Origin: Tubulanus polymorphus
Taxonomy: Eukaryota > Animalia > Nemertea
Direction: 5' to 3'
Length of the DNA: 64,000 nt
Assembly: GCF_964204645.1 (NCBI RefSeq)
Contig: NC_134026.1
Span: forward strand, 13,700,050-13,764,049
The notes below the pieces were generated by a model, which was not told the origin of the DNA, did no database searches, and worked only from the letters and a program-made list of their open reading frames with translations. Positions 40,772 through 51,829 of this stretch are shown in pieces. A program made the translations under genes and the position numbers. Every line of letters begins with the position of its first letter. Position 1 is the first letter of the stretch.

Positions 40772-41446
40772 TTAAAATTTAAAATGTAATATTCCTACTA
40801 TTACAATTCCTATACAAGTTATAGCTAATTTAGCATTTTCATGTGATTTATTATCATTATTCGTTTTAATTATTTCAGGTTGAATATTTATATATATATC
40901 AGTTTTTATATTTTCTGATGTATGGTAATCTTTTAATTTAGAATCATTATTTAATTTAATATTCTTAGTTTTAGTTCCTGTAGAGTGTATATGCTTTTTT
41001 AATTTTTTCACCTTCCATTCATTTTGGAGCAGTAATAATCTTTTTATTTATTTCATTTAATCCAAATGAATTATTTATTGTTGCAGTTTTAATCAATTTA
41101 TTATAACCAATTATATTTCCCATTTTTAAAACTAAATCATAAGAAATAATTAATAAATTAGGGCCTATACAATAATTTAATCTTAAATGAGATTTATCTA
41201 AATAATTTTGATATCTTACAATGTTTTCTGGAATCGATCTATTTTTATCATTATGAATAACTTTAAATTGTTTCTGCACGTCAAATGAAGTATTATCATT
41301 TCCAATTATTGGGGATCTTGTTTCAACTTGCGCATCTAAAATACAAATTAACTAAGTTCTAATTGATTGATTTATTCTCTGTATTCCAGCTTTAGTAAAA
41401 CCTTCACTATTTTCTAAAATCAAATTAATCCATTATTATTTTGTTG
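40772..41446 (-). pseudogene. 3' half of the 431-aa protein paralog, cut by the BEL insertion
   Basis: Matches 56144-56820. Confidence 0.85.
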
Positions 41447-41721
41447 TGTAGCGACTGTTGACTACAAGGACGAACGACGAACGACGAAAACCAGAGACAA
41501 CCAGAGACAACAAGAGACGACCAGAGACAACAAGGCAGTCCTTACGGTTACAAGGTTTAGTGCGGTCTAACATTTTATTTAGTTTAAGATTACAGGAAAA
41601 CTCGGTGGGAAAATGCATGAATCTGATAGGTCGAGAGACGTCAGTTCAGTACTTCATGGTTCATGATTATGGCAAGTACACTTCGTTGAGTTTGTATTGC
41701 AGGTAAATGCTCGTCACGACA
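41447..41721 (-). repeat. BEL 3' LTR (275 bp, TG...CA)
   Basis: tgtagcgac...gtcacgaca; first ~170 bp repeated at 45138-45291. Confidence 0.85.
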
Positions 41722-44700
41722 CTCGGGCCAGCAAAATAGGTTCTATAATTAAACTATCTACAACATTCAGAAAGGACAATATGATACAATAATACATTAA
41801 TCTTTAAACAATTCAGCAATTTTGTCTTTTGCCTCTAACGCGGCTTTGCGTGTAGATGGAATTCGATCAGGACATACTTCTTTTAACAACAGTGGAACGT
41901 TTCAATACATCGGTTTCAATTTCTAATGGAAATAATCTTGAAATCGGTGTATTTGTGACACCGTTCGCTGTTTTAACTGTTGCCGATCTTACGAGACCAT
42001 CGGTACCCATATGAAGGTTTTCAATGATACCTAGTTTCCACTTAAGTCTTGGTACATTATCATCATGTATAATAACCACCGCACCCGGTTTGGCGATTTC
42101 TCTGTTATCCCCGGTTACCTTATGGAATTCTCGGAGATTGACCAAATACACTTTTTGCCAACGTACCCAAAAACAGTCAATGAGCTTATTAAGGTACGGG
42201 TAACGTTTTGTTAAAATATCGACACCAGGAGAAAACGTCGTATCACCTTCGAGATTATCAATAGGACACAGTTTAGAGAGCGCGGTGATGCGCCTAATCA
42301 ACATCAAATGAGATGGAGTTAGAGTCTCGTTCTCTTCCGTCTCAGAAGAAACATAAAGCAACGGACGGTCGTTCAGACACGCTTCAATTTCACACGATAT
42401 AGTATATAATTCAGTACCCGATACCAACGACCTACGTACGTACCTGAGACTTTCTTCAAACATGATTTCATTAGACCTATCATACGCTCCCAGAAGCCCC
42501 CGTGCCAAGGGGCTCGTTTCGTAATAAATTTCCAGTCGATATTACGCTGTGAAAGGTGATTGTGGATGTTTGTATCTTCGAAGATTCGCTTCAACTCTGC
42601 GTTGGCACCAATGAATCTAGAAGCGTTATCTCAAACGAGCATCCGTGGCACGGAGCGTCGGGCAACAAACCTCCTGAAAGCATAAATAAAGTCTTCAGTA
42701 GTATTACTATTTACAATTTCTATATGTACACCGCGCGACACAGCACACGTAAACAAACATATGTAACGTTTCATATCACCTCTTACAATTAGAAGACCAC
42801 AATAGTCTACCCCAACGTAACTAAAAGCAGGCAACTCGTCAACTCTACACGATGGCAACGCTGGTGGATTAGGTTTTGTGAACGGTTTTGCTTGCGACAA
42901 GTTACGCAACGTCGTACTTGTGATTTTACCAACTGTCGAATTTGCGGGACACAAAACTTCTCTCTAATTTTTGCTACCGTTGTAGAAATACCAAAGGGTC
43001 ACACATCAAAATGAGAGTTACGAGCTATCAACTCAGCCAATCGAGAGTTCTTTGGAATCATAATCGGAAATTTAGTCTCGTCGGACAGAGACGTATTTTG
43101 TAATCGACCTTTACACCGGACGATGCCATCTCTGTCGAGAAACAACTGAAGTTGATTAATCAATGTACATCGTTTTCCCGATTACCTGACAAGAAATCTA
43201 AGATGTTAGGATAACGACTATTTTGAAAATGTTTCACCCATAGAAGTTCAGCATCCGCAATTCGGAAGCACTGAGTGGACCCTTGTTACGCTCAGAATCT
43301 GAACATTTCACGTTTCTTACAAACCGACGCACTAACGCTGTAATTCTCAGTAATCTATACAAATGTGAAAATGTGAAAATGTTAATCACTTCAGCAATGG
43401 ATAACATATTGTTTTCAAGTAAATTATCACAATTATTAATCTCAACATTACTGACTACCACAGTAGATTTGTCAACGAGAAGTTCAACAGGTCTACGAGA
43501 CGCATTTAATAACCAATCAGGTCCGTGTAACCACAAGTCACATTTCAAAACTTCTGACGTATTGCCTCTCGTTAGCAATAATGCTAATTTTCGACAGGTA
43601 ATGTATTTCTTATTTCTTCGACTCGAAACAACTCGCCAACCAAGCACTATTTGACTGTCGCACCAGGCAAATACTTTCATTGGGCGATCAATAACCATAG
43701 AAATCGAGTTCAATACATGATTTACCAATCGTGCGCCGATCAATGCGCCCTAGCTCGAGTTTAGGAACAGTGATTTCTTTGACAGGTGCTACCCTAGCTT
43801 TGGCTATTACTAAAGAGGATTCATCTTTACAAACTAGGTAAACCACTGCGCCGTAGGCTAAAGTACTACTATCAAAGAAGACGTGTAACTCTATCGGGTA
43901 CTCTGTGATACATGAATTCATAATTCGAGAAAACCGAGTATCCAAACTTTCATGTATGTCATTTATGATACAATACCACATCTTACATATTTCGTGTGAC
44001 AATGGATCATCCCAGTCATAATTTTGTTTCCAGATCGACTGCAAAAGAATCCTAGATCGAATGGTAACTGGTAAAAGTAAACCCAGTGGATCGTGGATAG
44101 AAGCAGCCTTTTGAAGGATGATACGTTTTGTCAATTCGGAATCACTGGACATGTCTTTGGTAACAAAAGACATCGAATCACTCTCAATATGCCAATACAG
44201 ACCGAAAACTTTACCTACGGAACATTTCTCCAAAGTTTCCTGTTTAGCAGCAGACTTCTGGAGCTCTGGGGAATTAGATGACCAACATCGCAAGTTAAAA
44301 TTATCTTCGGAGAAGCAATTGCGTGAATCATGGAGAAATTTGACGGCCTCAAATTCGGAATGAACGCTAGTGACAACATTGTCTACATAAATGTCTCTCA
44401 GAAGCTGCTGTGACAGAGGGAAATCTATATTTCGTAGATGGAAAATAATTGAACTATTCAACAAGAATGGAGAGCATGTAGCTCCAAACAAAACTCGTTT
44501 GAATCTCGATACGATCAACTCACTATCGGGATCATTGGGGTTACTCAGCCAAAAGAATCTAGTGGCATCGCGACACGAAGGTCTAATAGATAATTGCAGG
44601 AATGCCTTTTCAATGTCTGCAGTAATACCAAACTTAAAAAGCCTAAAACGTATCATTATTGAGCAAAGATCATTCAATAACGGTGGACCACTCTCCAGAC

Positions 44701-45118
44701 AATCGTTTAGAGAAACTGATGACTTTGATTCTCGCGAACTGCAATCAAAAACTATTCGCATAGGCGTGGTTGATGATTGTCTGAAAACTGGGTGGCGTGG
44801 TATATAGTGCTCATGGCTATCGACAATAGAAGGATCAGTTACGATTTCAATAAAATCTTGTGCTAATTGATCTTGAATGATTTGATTATAACTGTCTAAG
44901 TACTTATCAAGTCTTTTTCTATCTCGAAAATTTATGTCTTAGAGTGAAAACGGTAGACATACCTTGAGCTGCGTGTTTTTCTTTCAGATGGTCGTCACAT
45001 TTCTTTTTCCATTTCGTGAATTGACCTCGTTGCACCTTCCGTAGCTCCTCTAAGTTTCAAAATCTGTCATGTCGTGAACTTCTGGTTACTTCGTTCTTCA
45101 AATTTTCTTCAAATGGGT

Positions 45119-45135
45119 CCGGCTCGAGGGACCAA
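45119..45135 (-). promoter_or_regulatory. Primer-binding site, tRNA-Tyr type
   Basis: Minus strand TGGTCCCTCGAGCCGG right after the 5' LTR; one mismatch to the complement of the eukaryotic tRNA-Tyr 3' end (..CCGGCUCGAAGGACCA). Confidence 0.75.
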
Positions 45136-45137
45136 AT

Positions 45138-45291
45138 TGTAGCGACTGTTGACAACAAGGACGAACGACGAACGACGAAAACCAGAGACGACCAGAGACA
45201 ACAAGGCAGTCCTTACAGTAACAAGGTTTAGTGCGGTCTAACATTTTATTTAGTTTAAGATTACAGGAAAACTCGGTGGGAAAATGCATGA
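45138..45291 (-). repeat. BEL 5' LTR, truncated by Polinton copy 2
   Basis: Identity to the 3' LTR stops after ..aaaatgcatga. Confidence 0.85.
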
Positions 45292-45295
45292 CTGT

Positions 45296-45703
45296 GAGTA
45301 ATAGGGGTAATAGGCTTTCAGATCAAAGGTCGAAAGGTCGAGCTCATTAAAAAACAAAATATTAAAAGTAATTAAAAAACTATAATATATTTTCATAACC
45401 GTGTGTATTTTATATTAAAACTAAATATTTATTCTAAGATATCAATAATATAAAAAGCATATTGTATTAAATCAATTGGTCGCTCCACTTCGCTACCGCT
45501 CCGCTCCGCGACCAATTGATTTAATTACAATACACAAATTCATATAATCAAATATATTCAAATGATAATAATTATTCTATTGTTCAACTGAAATACACAC
45601 GGTTATGAAAATATATTATAGTTTTTTAATTACTTTTAATATATGTTATTAATGAACTCGACCATTCAACCTTTAACCCGAAAGCCTATTACCCCTATTA
45701 CTC
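45296..45703. repeat. 408-bp imperfect terminal palindrome (hairpin)
   Basis: gagtaataggggtaataggctttc.. pairs with ..gaaagcctattacccctattactc; ~110-bp outer stem, ~50-60-nt bubble, ~23-bp inner stem, 24-nt loop. Confidence 0.92.
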
Positions 45704-45784
45704 TTAAAATATTCATATATATATGAATAACATTTAAATCATTGAACTTCTAAAATCAATTTTAATAAAAAATATAGTATTAAA

Positions 45785-45958
45785 ATGGAAGCAAATAAAT
45801 ACTACTGCCCAACATGTAATATCGATATAGATAAATCCCAAAAAGCAAGACACAATAAAACTATAACACATTTGTTTTTAGTCCAGTTGGTTAAAGCAAA
45901 AACATTTATCGAATTAAGGAACTCAACACATAGTGAAAAATACGTTGAATCGTTATAA
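45785..45958 (+). CDS. 57-aa single zinc-finger protein
   Basis: MEANKYYCPTCNIDIDKSQKARHNKTITH; below the ORF-track cutoff; A-tract and TAAAATG start. Confidence 0.55.
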   Translation: MEANKYYCPTCNIDIDKSQKARHNKTITHLFLVQLVKAKTFIELRNSTHSEKYVESL

Positions 45959-46939
45959 ACACCCGATAATACTCAGCTATATAGTTGGTTGTATTAACTC
46001 TAGTAAACATATGTTACCAGCTTATATTTCAATTGTAAAGAGTTAATTAATTTCATTAATCTAAATGCTTTTATTATTGTTTTTTTTCAACTTCAACACG
46101 TTGTGTATACAGCGAACGTAGCGAATCACAAATCTCATAATTTACAAGTCTCAACACGCTTGTTCTAGATGTTTATACTAGAACATGATTCTATTTGAGC
46201 CTATATACATTCAATGTACAGAGCCATAGAATAAATCTATAAATTCACAGCTGTTACAGTTGTTACTATAACGACGAGACATTATTACACGTCATAATCA
46301 GAAACGTGTAGAATATTCTAGAACCGGAACTAGATGGCGTGGCATAATCAACGACGTGTCATTCTAGAAATCACCCCGGAAATGGATATACGCTGTAATA
46401 TTGTGCTCAGGATATTCTATCTTTCGAAACGAAATAAGGAGTTTATAGTTTACAATTATAAATCTAAATGTAAGTACTGTTTGTTGTAGTTATTAAGGCT
46501 ATTAAATACGAAACCTTTAAATATATTTAAGTGTATTTAGTATATCTTTTAGATAGTTAGAGTTACCGCTAATATCTTTTAGATAGTTAGAGTTGCCGCT
46601 AATATCTATTAGATTAATAAAACGCCATACGCATCAAGAAGTGATAGAGAAACTCAAGATACTCTTTCTGACTGAGGAATCAACAGCAATGGATATCAAA
46701 CCAATAGAAATTAGCACAAGAAACACAAGAATCACCAAAAGATCGTCGAAGAAACTATATAAGAATTTCAAAAACATTAAGACTCCAATGATTAAGTTTA
46801 ACATTTGTTGATGTAGTTAAATATTTACCAGCAATTGAAAAAATGTTTGTAATTATAAATTGTATTTATAGAAATCAAATGATGTATTGGAAGAAACGGC
46901 CGAACAACTTGTATAATGTATTGTGTAAATCTGATTGAT

Positions 46940-47412
46940 GAATTTTTATGTTCGGTCGTTTCTATTCAGAATGAATATATAATTATGATTAGCGCATGCG
47001 CATTAAGCAAAAGCGCTCCTATAAGAGCGGTTTTGCCTAATGCGAACACGTTTAGATATTTTATGTCGGTCGTTTCTATTTACATAATTATATATTCATT
47101 ATGTAAATATAATTATGATTAACGCATGCGCATTGATCAAAAACGCTCCTATAAGAGCGGTTTTGCCTAGTGTACATACGTTTGAATTTTCTATGTTCAG
47201 TTGTTTCTATTTCACAGAATGAATATATAATTATGATTAACGCATGCGCATTGATCAAAAACGCTCCTATAAGAGCGGTTTGCTTAGTGCGAACACGTTT
47301 TGATATTTTATGTCGGTCGTTTCTATTTTACAGAATTTACAGAATGAATATATGATTATGATTAGCGCATGCGCATTAAGCAAAAGCGCTCCTATAAGAG
47401 CGGTTTTGCCCA
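46940..47412. repeat. Four ~120-130-bp tandem repeats with embedded palindromes
   Basis: cgcatgcgcatt at ~46993, 47123, 47241, 47366, each followed by aaa(a/g)cgctc-ctataa-gagcggttt. Confidence 0.9.
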
Positions 47413-47549
47413 GTGGTATTATTTAGATATCAAGGAATCGAAACAACTTATCAAAAGCAGCGAGGAATGAAAAAGGATGACGTTGGTCGAAGAAATGGAA
47501 GAGGATTCTAAAATTATTAACCAATTTAGTAAAAAAATACATATAATAA

Positions 47550-48224
47550 ATGGAACCAGAACAACCACAAACTATCAATATTACAAATAACACTGGCGTT
47601 ATAAACATATATTACAAGAAGTGTTCTAAATGTGAATTAAATAAATCATTAACAGAATTTAGTAAGCGTAAGATTAGCAAAGATGGTTTTCAATATTGTT
47701 GTAAAACTTGTACTAAACTATATACCAAACAATACCGAGAAGATAATATAAAACATTATAATTATTATATGACAAAATATATGAGAGAAAGATATCAAAC
47801 AGATCTTAATTTTAGATTGAAACAATGCTTAAGGTCTAGATTAACACAATTATTCAACAAAGAAACACATTCAGAAACATTAACTAATTTGTTGGGTTGT
47901 TCAGATGAATTTCTCAAATCATGGATTATATTTCAATTCGATGATAAAATGAATATAGATAATTATGGGGATTATTACCACATTGATCACGTGTTACCAA
48001 TATCTAAATTTAACATGAATGATGAATACAATAAAAAACTTATTTGGGGTTGGAAAAATTTAAGACCTTTAGAAAAGAAAGAAAATCAAACCAAATCTAA
48101 TAAACTAGATTTACAATTATATTTGGAACAGTTGAATAAAGCAAGGAAATTTATTGATTGGTGGAATAGTAACCCACAGAATGAACAATATGTTGAGGAA
48201 TTTGATATCAAGGATCCGAAATGA
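47550..48224 (+). CDS. HNH-like endonuclease with N-terminal Cys4 zinc ribbon
   Basis: CSKC..CKTC; YHIDHVLPISKF..WKNLRPLEKKEN..KSNK beta-beta-alpha-type motif, of a kind I recognise from large DNA viruses. Confidence 0.7.
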   Translation: MEPEQPQTINITNNTGVINIYYKKCSKCELNKSLTEFSKRKISKDGFQYCCKTCTKLYTKQYREDNIKHYNYYMTKYMRERYQTDLNFRLKQCLRSRLTQLFNKETHSETLTNLLGCSDEFLKSWIIFQFDDKMNIDNYGDYYHIDHVLPISKFNMNDEYNKKLIWGWKNLRPLEKKENQTKSNKLDLQLYLEQLNKARKFIDWWNSNPQNEQYVEEFDIKDPK

Positions 48225-48526
48225 CTTATCTGGACAGTTATAGTTACTGCTCCTAATAGATAAACAAAAGTAGTGAGATATCAAATAGAATTCAAATAAA
48301 ATATATTAAAAAAACAATCACTTCAACTGCTAGTGAATTCTGTTATATTTTTAATATTTTCTTTTCAAAAAGAGAATACTTTATATTTTGAATAGATTCA
48401 AATAGAAATTCTTTAAATTCAAATAGCTAGTATCAGTAGTCAATACTAGAATTCTTTAACTTTAATTATCTAGTATCATTTGAAGAATACTTATAATATT
48501 TTTTTTGCTTTTTTTCTCTAATATAA

Positions 48527-49132
48527 ATGTCAAAGAAATCTAATAAGAATAGTATTGATATTGAAAAGACATTAGATGATTTGGGTATAAGTGATAATAA
48601 TGATAATGTGGCAACTAAATGTGATAATAAAATTGATAGTAATATTGATTACGAGTACTATTTATATTGTAAACATCATCTAGAATTATTAATTGCTGGC
48701 GGGAAATCTAAGGACTTCTTGGGAAAAATAATAACTTTTCAAGAACTAGACTCTATGAAACCAGATAAAGTAATAAAATATTTTAAGATTTATGAAGAGT
48801 CAAGATTAGCTAGAATAAATAATTCTATTTCGGATGGTATTGTCAAATGTTATTCTAAGTTATGTAACCAGTTAATACCAATTGATGATGAAAATAAATT
48901 ATATAATGATTTGAAAAATGACTATTTAGTTATGACTGAATTACAAAAATGGGTTGGTTATGCTTCATTCCAATTAGGATCGGTTATGACATTGATTTCT
49001 ACTGGAGTTATAACATTTTCGAACATCAAACCTATGGAATATAAATCAGGTAAGAACGAAACAGATGTACTACAACAAAACGCCGAAACAGAAAATGAAT
49101 CAGAACAAAAATTAACTAAAATAAATGAGTGA
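48527..49132 (+). CDS. Polinton hypothetical protein (201 aa)
   Basis: Intact ORF with T-tract and TAAATG start; mildly hydrophobic segment near the C-terminus. Confidence 0.75.
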   Translation: MSKKSNKNSIDIEKTLDDLGISDNNDNVATKCDNKIDSNIDYEYYLYCKHHLELLIAGGKSKDFLGKIITFQELDSMKPDKVIKYFKIYEESRLARINNSISDGIVKCYSKLCNQLIPIDDENKLYNDLKNDYLVMTELQKWVGYASFQLGSVMTLISTGVITFSNIKPMEYKSGKNETDVLQQNAETENESEQKLTKINE

Positions 49133-49490
49133 TGGAGTTAAGAAAAAGGCTAGATCCGAGAAACAAATTAAATGGGCAAGAGAATTAGGTAAAAGATCTT
49201 CAGAATTAAAAAAAGCTAAGAAAAAGAAATTAACTGATATAAATGAATCACCTGATATTGATTCAAATAATAATCCATCTAATTCTTCTAATGTTGGAAG
49301 TAATTATGAATTATATATTACAATTGGATTAGTAACAGTTATTATATTATCCGGTGTAATATATAAATCAAAATTCAAATCTGACGATAAAGATGATCGG
49401 AAACTTAGTTATCCATGTACAGACAATAAACCTATCATACCAGAAAATAAATCAAATGAAAATAAATCTAAAATATTATTAATGGATTAA
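49125..49490 (+). CDS. Basic single-pass membrane protein (121 aa)
   Basis: K/R-rich N-terminus, TM segment LYITIGLVTVIILSGVIY; overlaps the upstream stop. Confidence 0.75.
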   Translation: MSDGVKKKARSEKQIKWARELGKRSSELKKAKKKKLTDINESPDIDSNNNPSNSSNVGSNYELYITIGLVTVIILSGVIYKSKFKSDDKDDRKLSYPCTDNKPIIPENKSNENKSKILLMD

Positions 49491-49493
49491 AAT

Positions 49494-50581
49494 ATGATGA
49501 AAAAAGAACAATATTTAAGAGAGTTATATTATAACCCAGAAAGTGAAGTATCATATTCTAACGTTTCAGAATTATGGAATAAAATTAAATCTGATAATAG
49601 CAATATAAAATATAGTGAATTAAAATCATGGTTACAAAATCAACCCACATATCAAATTCATAAAAAGATGGATAAAAAATATTTAACAAGAAAAGTAATG
49701 GTTTCATATATTGACCAACAATGGCAAGCTGATTTAATTGACATGAAGAACTTAGAAGAATATAACAAAGGATATTTTTGGATACTAAATGTTATAGATA
49801 TATTCAGTAGATACGCATGGAGTATCCCGATTAAAAATAAAACTGGAATAGAAGTAACAAATGCTTTTAAATCTATATTTAAAGAAGCTATTCCAGATAA
49901 GATACAATTTGATGAAGGTAAGGAATTTTATAACAAACATTTTAAAAAACTATTATCTGATAACGATGTAGAATATTTTTCAACACATTCAGATAGAAAA
50001 GCATCTGTTATAGAAAGATTTAATAAAACATTGAAAACTAGAATGTGGAAATATTTCACCGCTAATGAAACATATAAATATATCGATGTGTTAGATGATT
50101 TAATGAAAGGTTATAATAATTCTAAACATAGTTCTATAAATATGAAACCTATACAAGCTAGAAAAGAAGAAAATTCAGAAATAGTTTGGAATAATTTATA
50201 TGGCACATTTGTTACATATGATTTTGGAGAACCTAAATTTATATAGGACAACATGTTAGAATTTCTAAATATCGAAAAACATTTTATAAAGGTTATACCC
50301 CTAATTTTACAGAAGAAATATTTAAAATTAAAAAGATAATATTAACTAAACCTTTTGTTTATAAATTGTTTGATTTAAAAGATGAAGAAATATTAGGTTA
50401 TTTTTATGAACAAGAATTATCATTAGTACCAAATCCAGATGAAATAGAATACAAAATAGAAAAAGTATTGAAAACAAAAACTCTTAAAGGAAAAAAGTAT
50501 TCTTTGGTGAAATATAAAGGATACGATGATAAATTTAATGAATGGATTTTATCTAGTAAAATTAAAAGAATAAATGAATAA
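49494..50581 (+). pseudogene. Retroviral-like (rve) integrase with C-terminal chromodomain; one frameshift at ~50241
   Basis: WQADLIDM, VIDIFSRYAW, QFDEGKEF, KASVIERFNKTLK; other frame continues IGQHVRISK..KGYTPNFTEE and IEKVLK..LVKYKGY..FNEW. Confidence 0.92.
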
Positions 50582-51140
50582 AGATTTATTTATATTTGAA
50601 CCACATAATATGTTAGTTACTGGAGTTACAAATTGTGGTAAAACACATTTCATATTAGACTTGTTAGAAACTATTTATAAGAATCATTTTGATAATATAA
50701 TATTATTCTGTCCTACATATGAAATGAATAAAACATATAATAGAGATATAGTTAAGATAAAAAAGTTTATTATATTAAACCCTAAAACAGTAAAAGAAAA
50801 TTTAGATAATTGTATAAAAATTACATTAGATATTTATAAAGGATCTAATACATTATTTATTATCGATGATTGCGCAAATTTACATGATTCTAAAATTAGA
50901 GAAAGCGAGTTATGTTATTTAGCTTTCTCTGGTAGACATTTTGGGATAACAACATGGGTTTTAAATCAGAAATATAATTCAATTGTGAAAGATTTTAGAG
51001 AGAATATAAGATTTCTAGTTTTATTCTACAACAAAGATAGAAAATCTATGCAACAATCATTGGAAGAAAATCAAATTATACCTACTGAATTACATGATGA
51101 ATATATGAATAAATTAAAGAATAATAAAGGTTCAAAATAA
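50574..51140 (+). CDS. A32/FtsK-like packaging ATPase
   Basis: Walker A GVTNCGKT, Walker B LFIIDD, SGRHFGI..LNQ. The stop at 51138 may be premature (frame stays open for about 14 more codons). Confidence 0.9.
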   Translation: MNKDLFIFEPHNMLVTGVTNCGKTHFILDLLETIYKNHFDNIILFCPTYEMNKTYNRDIVKIKKFIILNPKTVKENLDNCIKITLDIYKGSNTLFIIDDCANLHDSKIRESELCYLAFSGRHFGITTWVLNQKYNSIVKDFRENIRFLVLFYNKDRKSMQQSLEENQIIPTELHDEYMNKLKNNKGSK

Positions 51141-51238
51141 TTAATGAGATTACAATTTCCATATGAATATAAGTTTATAAAATAACTATTTGTATACCTA
51201 TGTATTAGATATCAGATATGTATTATATACCTCCCCTA

Positions 51239-51803
51239 ATGTCTTTATTATCTTTAGTACTTTAGTACTTTTAGTACATAAAGAATAAATCTTTATTTTA
51301 TTAGTAGTGAATAAAATAAAATAGAACTACTAAACTACTAAAGATAATAAAGACATAACAAAGACATATAGATTTATTATTACTGAATCAAATATATATA
51401 ATAAATATGTGAGATAAATAAATCTATGATATTTATTACATCTATATGTGTTTGTTATGTCTTTATTATCTTTAGTAGGTTTAGTACTTTTAGTACATAA
51501 AGAATAAATCTTTATTTAATTAGTACTTAGAAAAATAAATATATAAATAATTTTTATAAATGATAAATCTATGATATATATAATAAATATATGTGATAAA
51601 TAGATTTAATTATTGAAACTGTAATATATAAAATCCATCAGATGAATAAATATAATTATTGAAACAGTGTTATATATATATTTATATCTTTATTATCTTT
51701 AGTAGTTTAGTAGTTTTAAAAATAATTTTATTCACTACTAATAAAATAAAGATTTATTCTTTATGTACTAAAAGTACTAAACTACTAAAGACAATAAAGA
51801 CAC
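51239..51803. repeat. Nested direct and inverted repeats between the convergent gene blocks
   Basis: atgtctttattatctttagta..tagtacataaagaataaatctttattt at 51239 and 51458, inverted at ~51745-51802; further inverted part-copy at ~51327-51373. Confidence 0.88.
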
Positions 51804-51829
51804 AAAGGGTATTATATTCATATTTTAAA

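Larger units (their letters stand above)
36722..41446. mobile_element. Polinton/Maverick copy 1, decayed internal fragment
   Basis: Collinear with 50998-56820 of copy 2: ATPase 3' end (+, 36722-36840), then Zn-finger, MCP, membrane protein and 431-aa homolog on minus, all frameshifted. Confidence 0.92.
41447..45291 (-). mobile_element. BEL/Pao LTR retrotransposon, internally deleted and decayed
   Basis: RT (RIVFDCS, SLNDCLESGP, ADIEKAFLQ, FGATCSPF, YVDN), RNase H (LHVFFDSS..AYG, AKARVAP, VPKLEL, WCDSQI), integrase (GVDYCG, PWHGGFWER, LTPSHL, WKLG); paired LTRs; most of gag and protease missing near 44940. Confidence 0.92.

Noticed and set aside
36722-41446. Copy 1 as an assembly duplicate of copy 2
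   Set aside because: Many substitutions, indels and non-homologous segments show a distinct, older element.
46593-46811. 72-aa ORF in the Polinton subterminal region
   Set aside because: TTG start inside a 30-bp tandem duplication, no motif and no TAAATG.
46940-47412. CRISPR-like array (palindromic repeats next to an HNH nuclease gene)
   Set aside because: Sequences between the palindromes are themselves homologous, not unique spacers; no cas genes; eukaryotic context.
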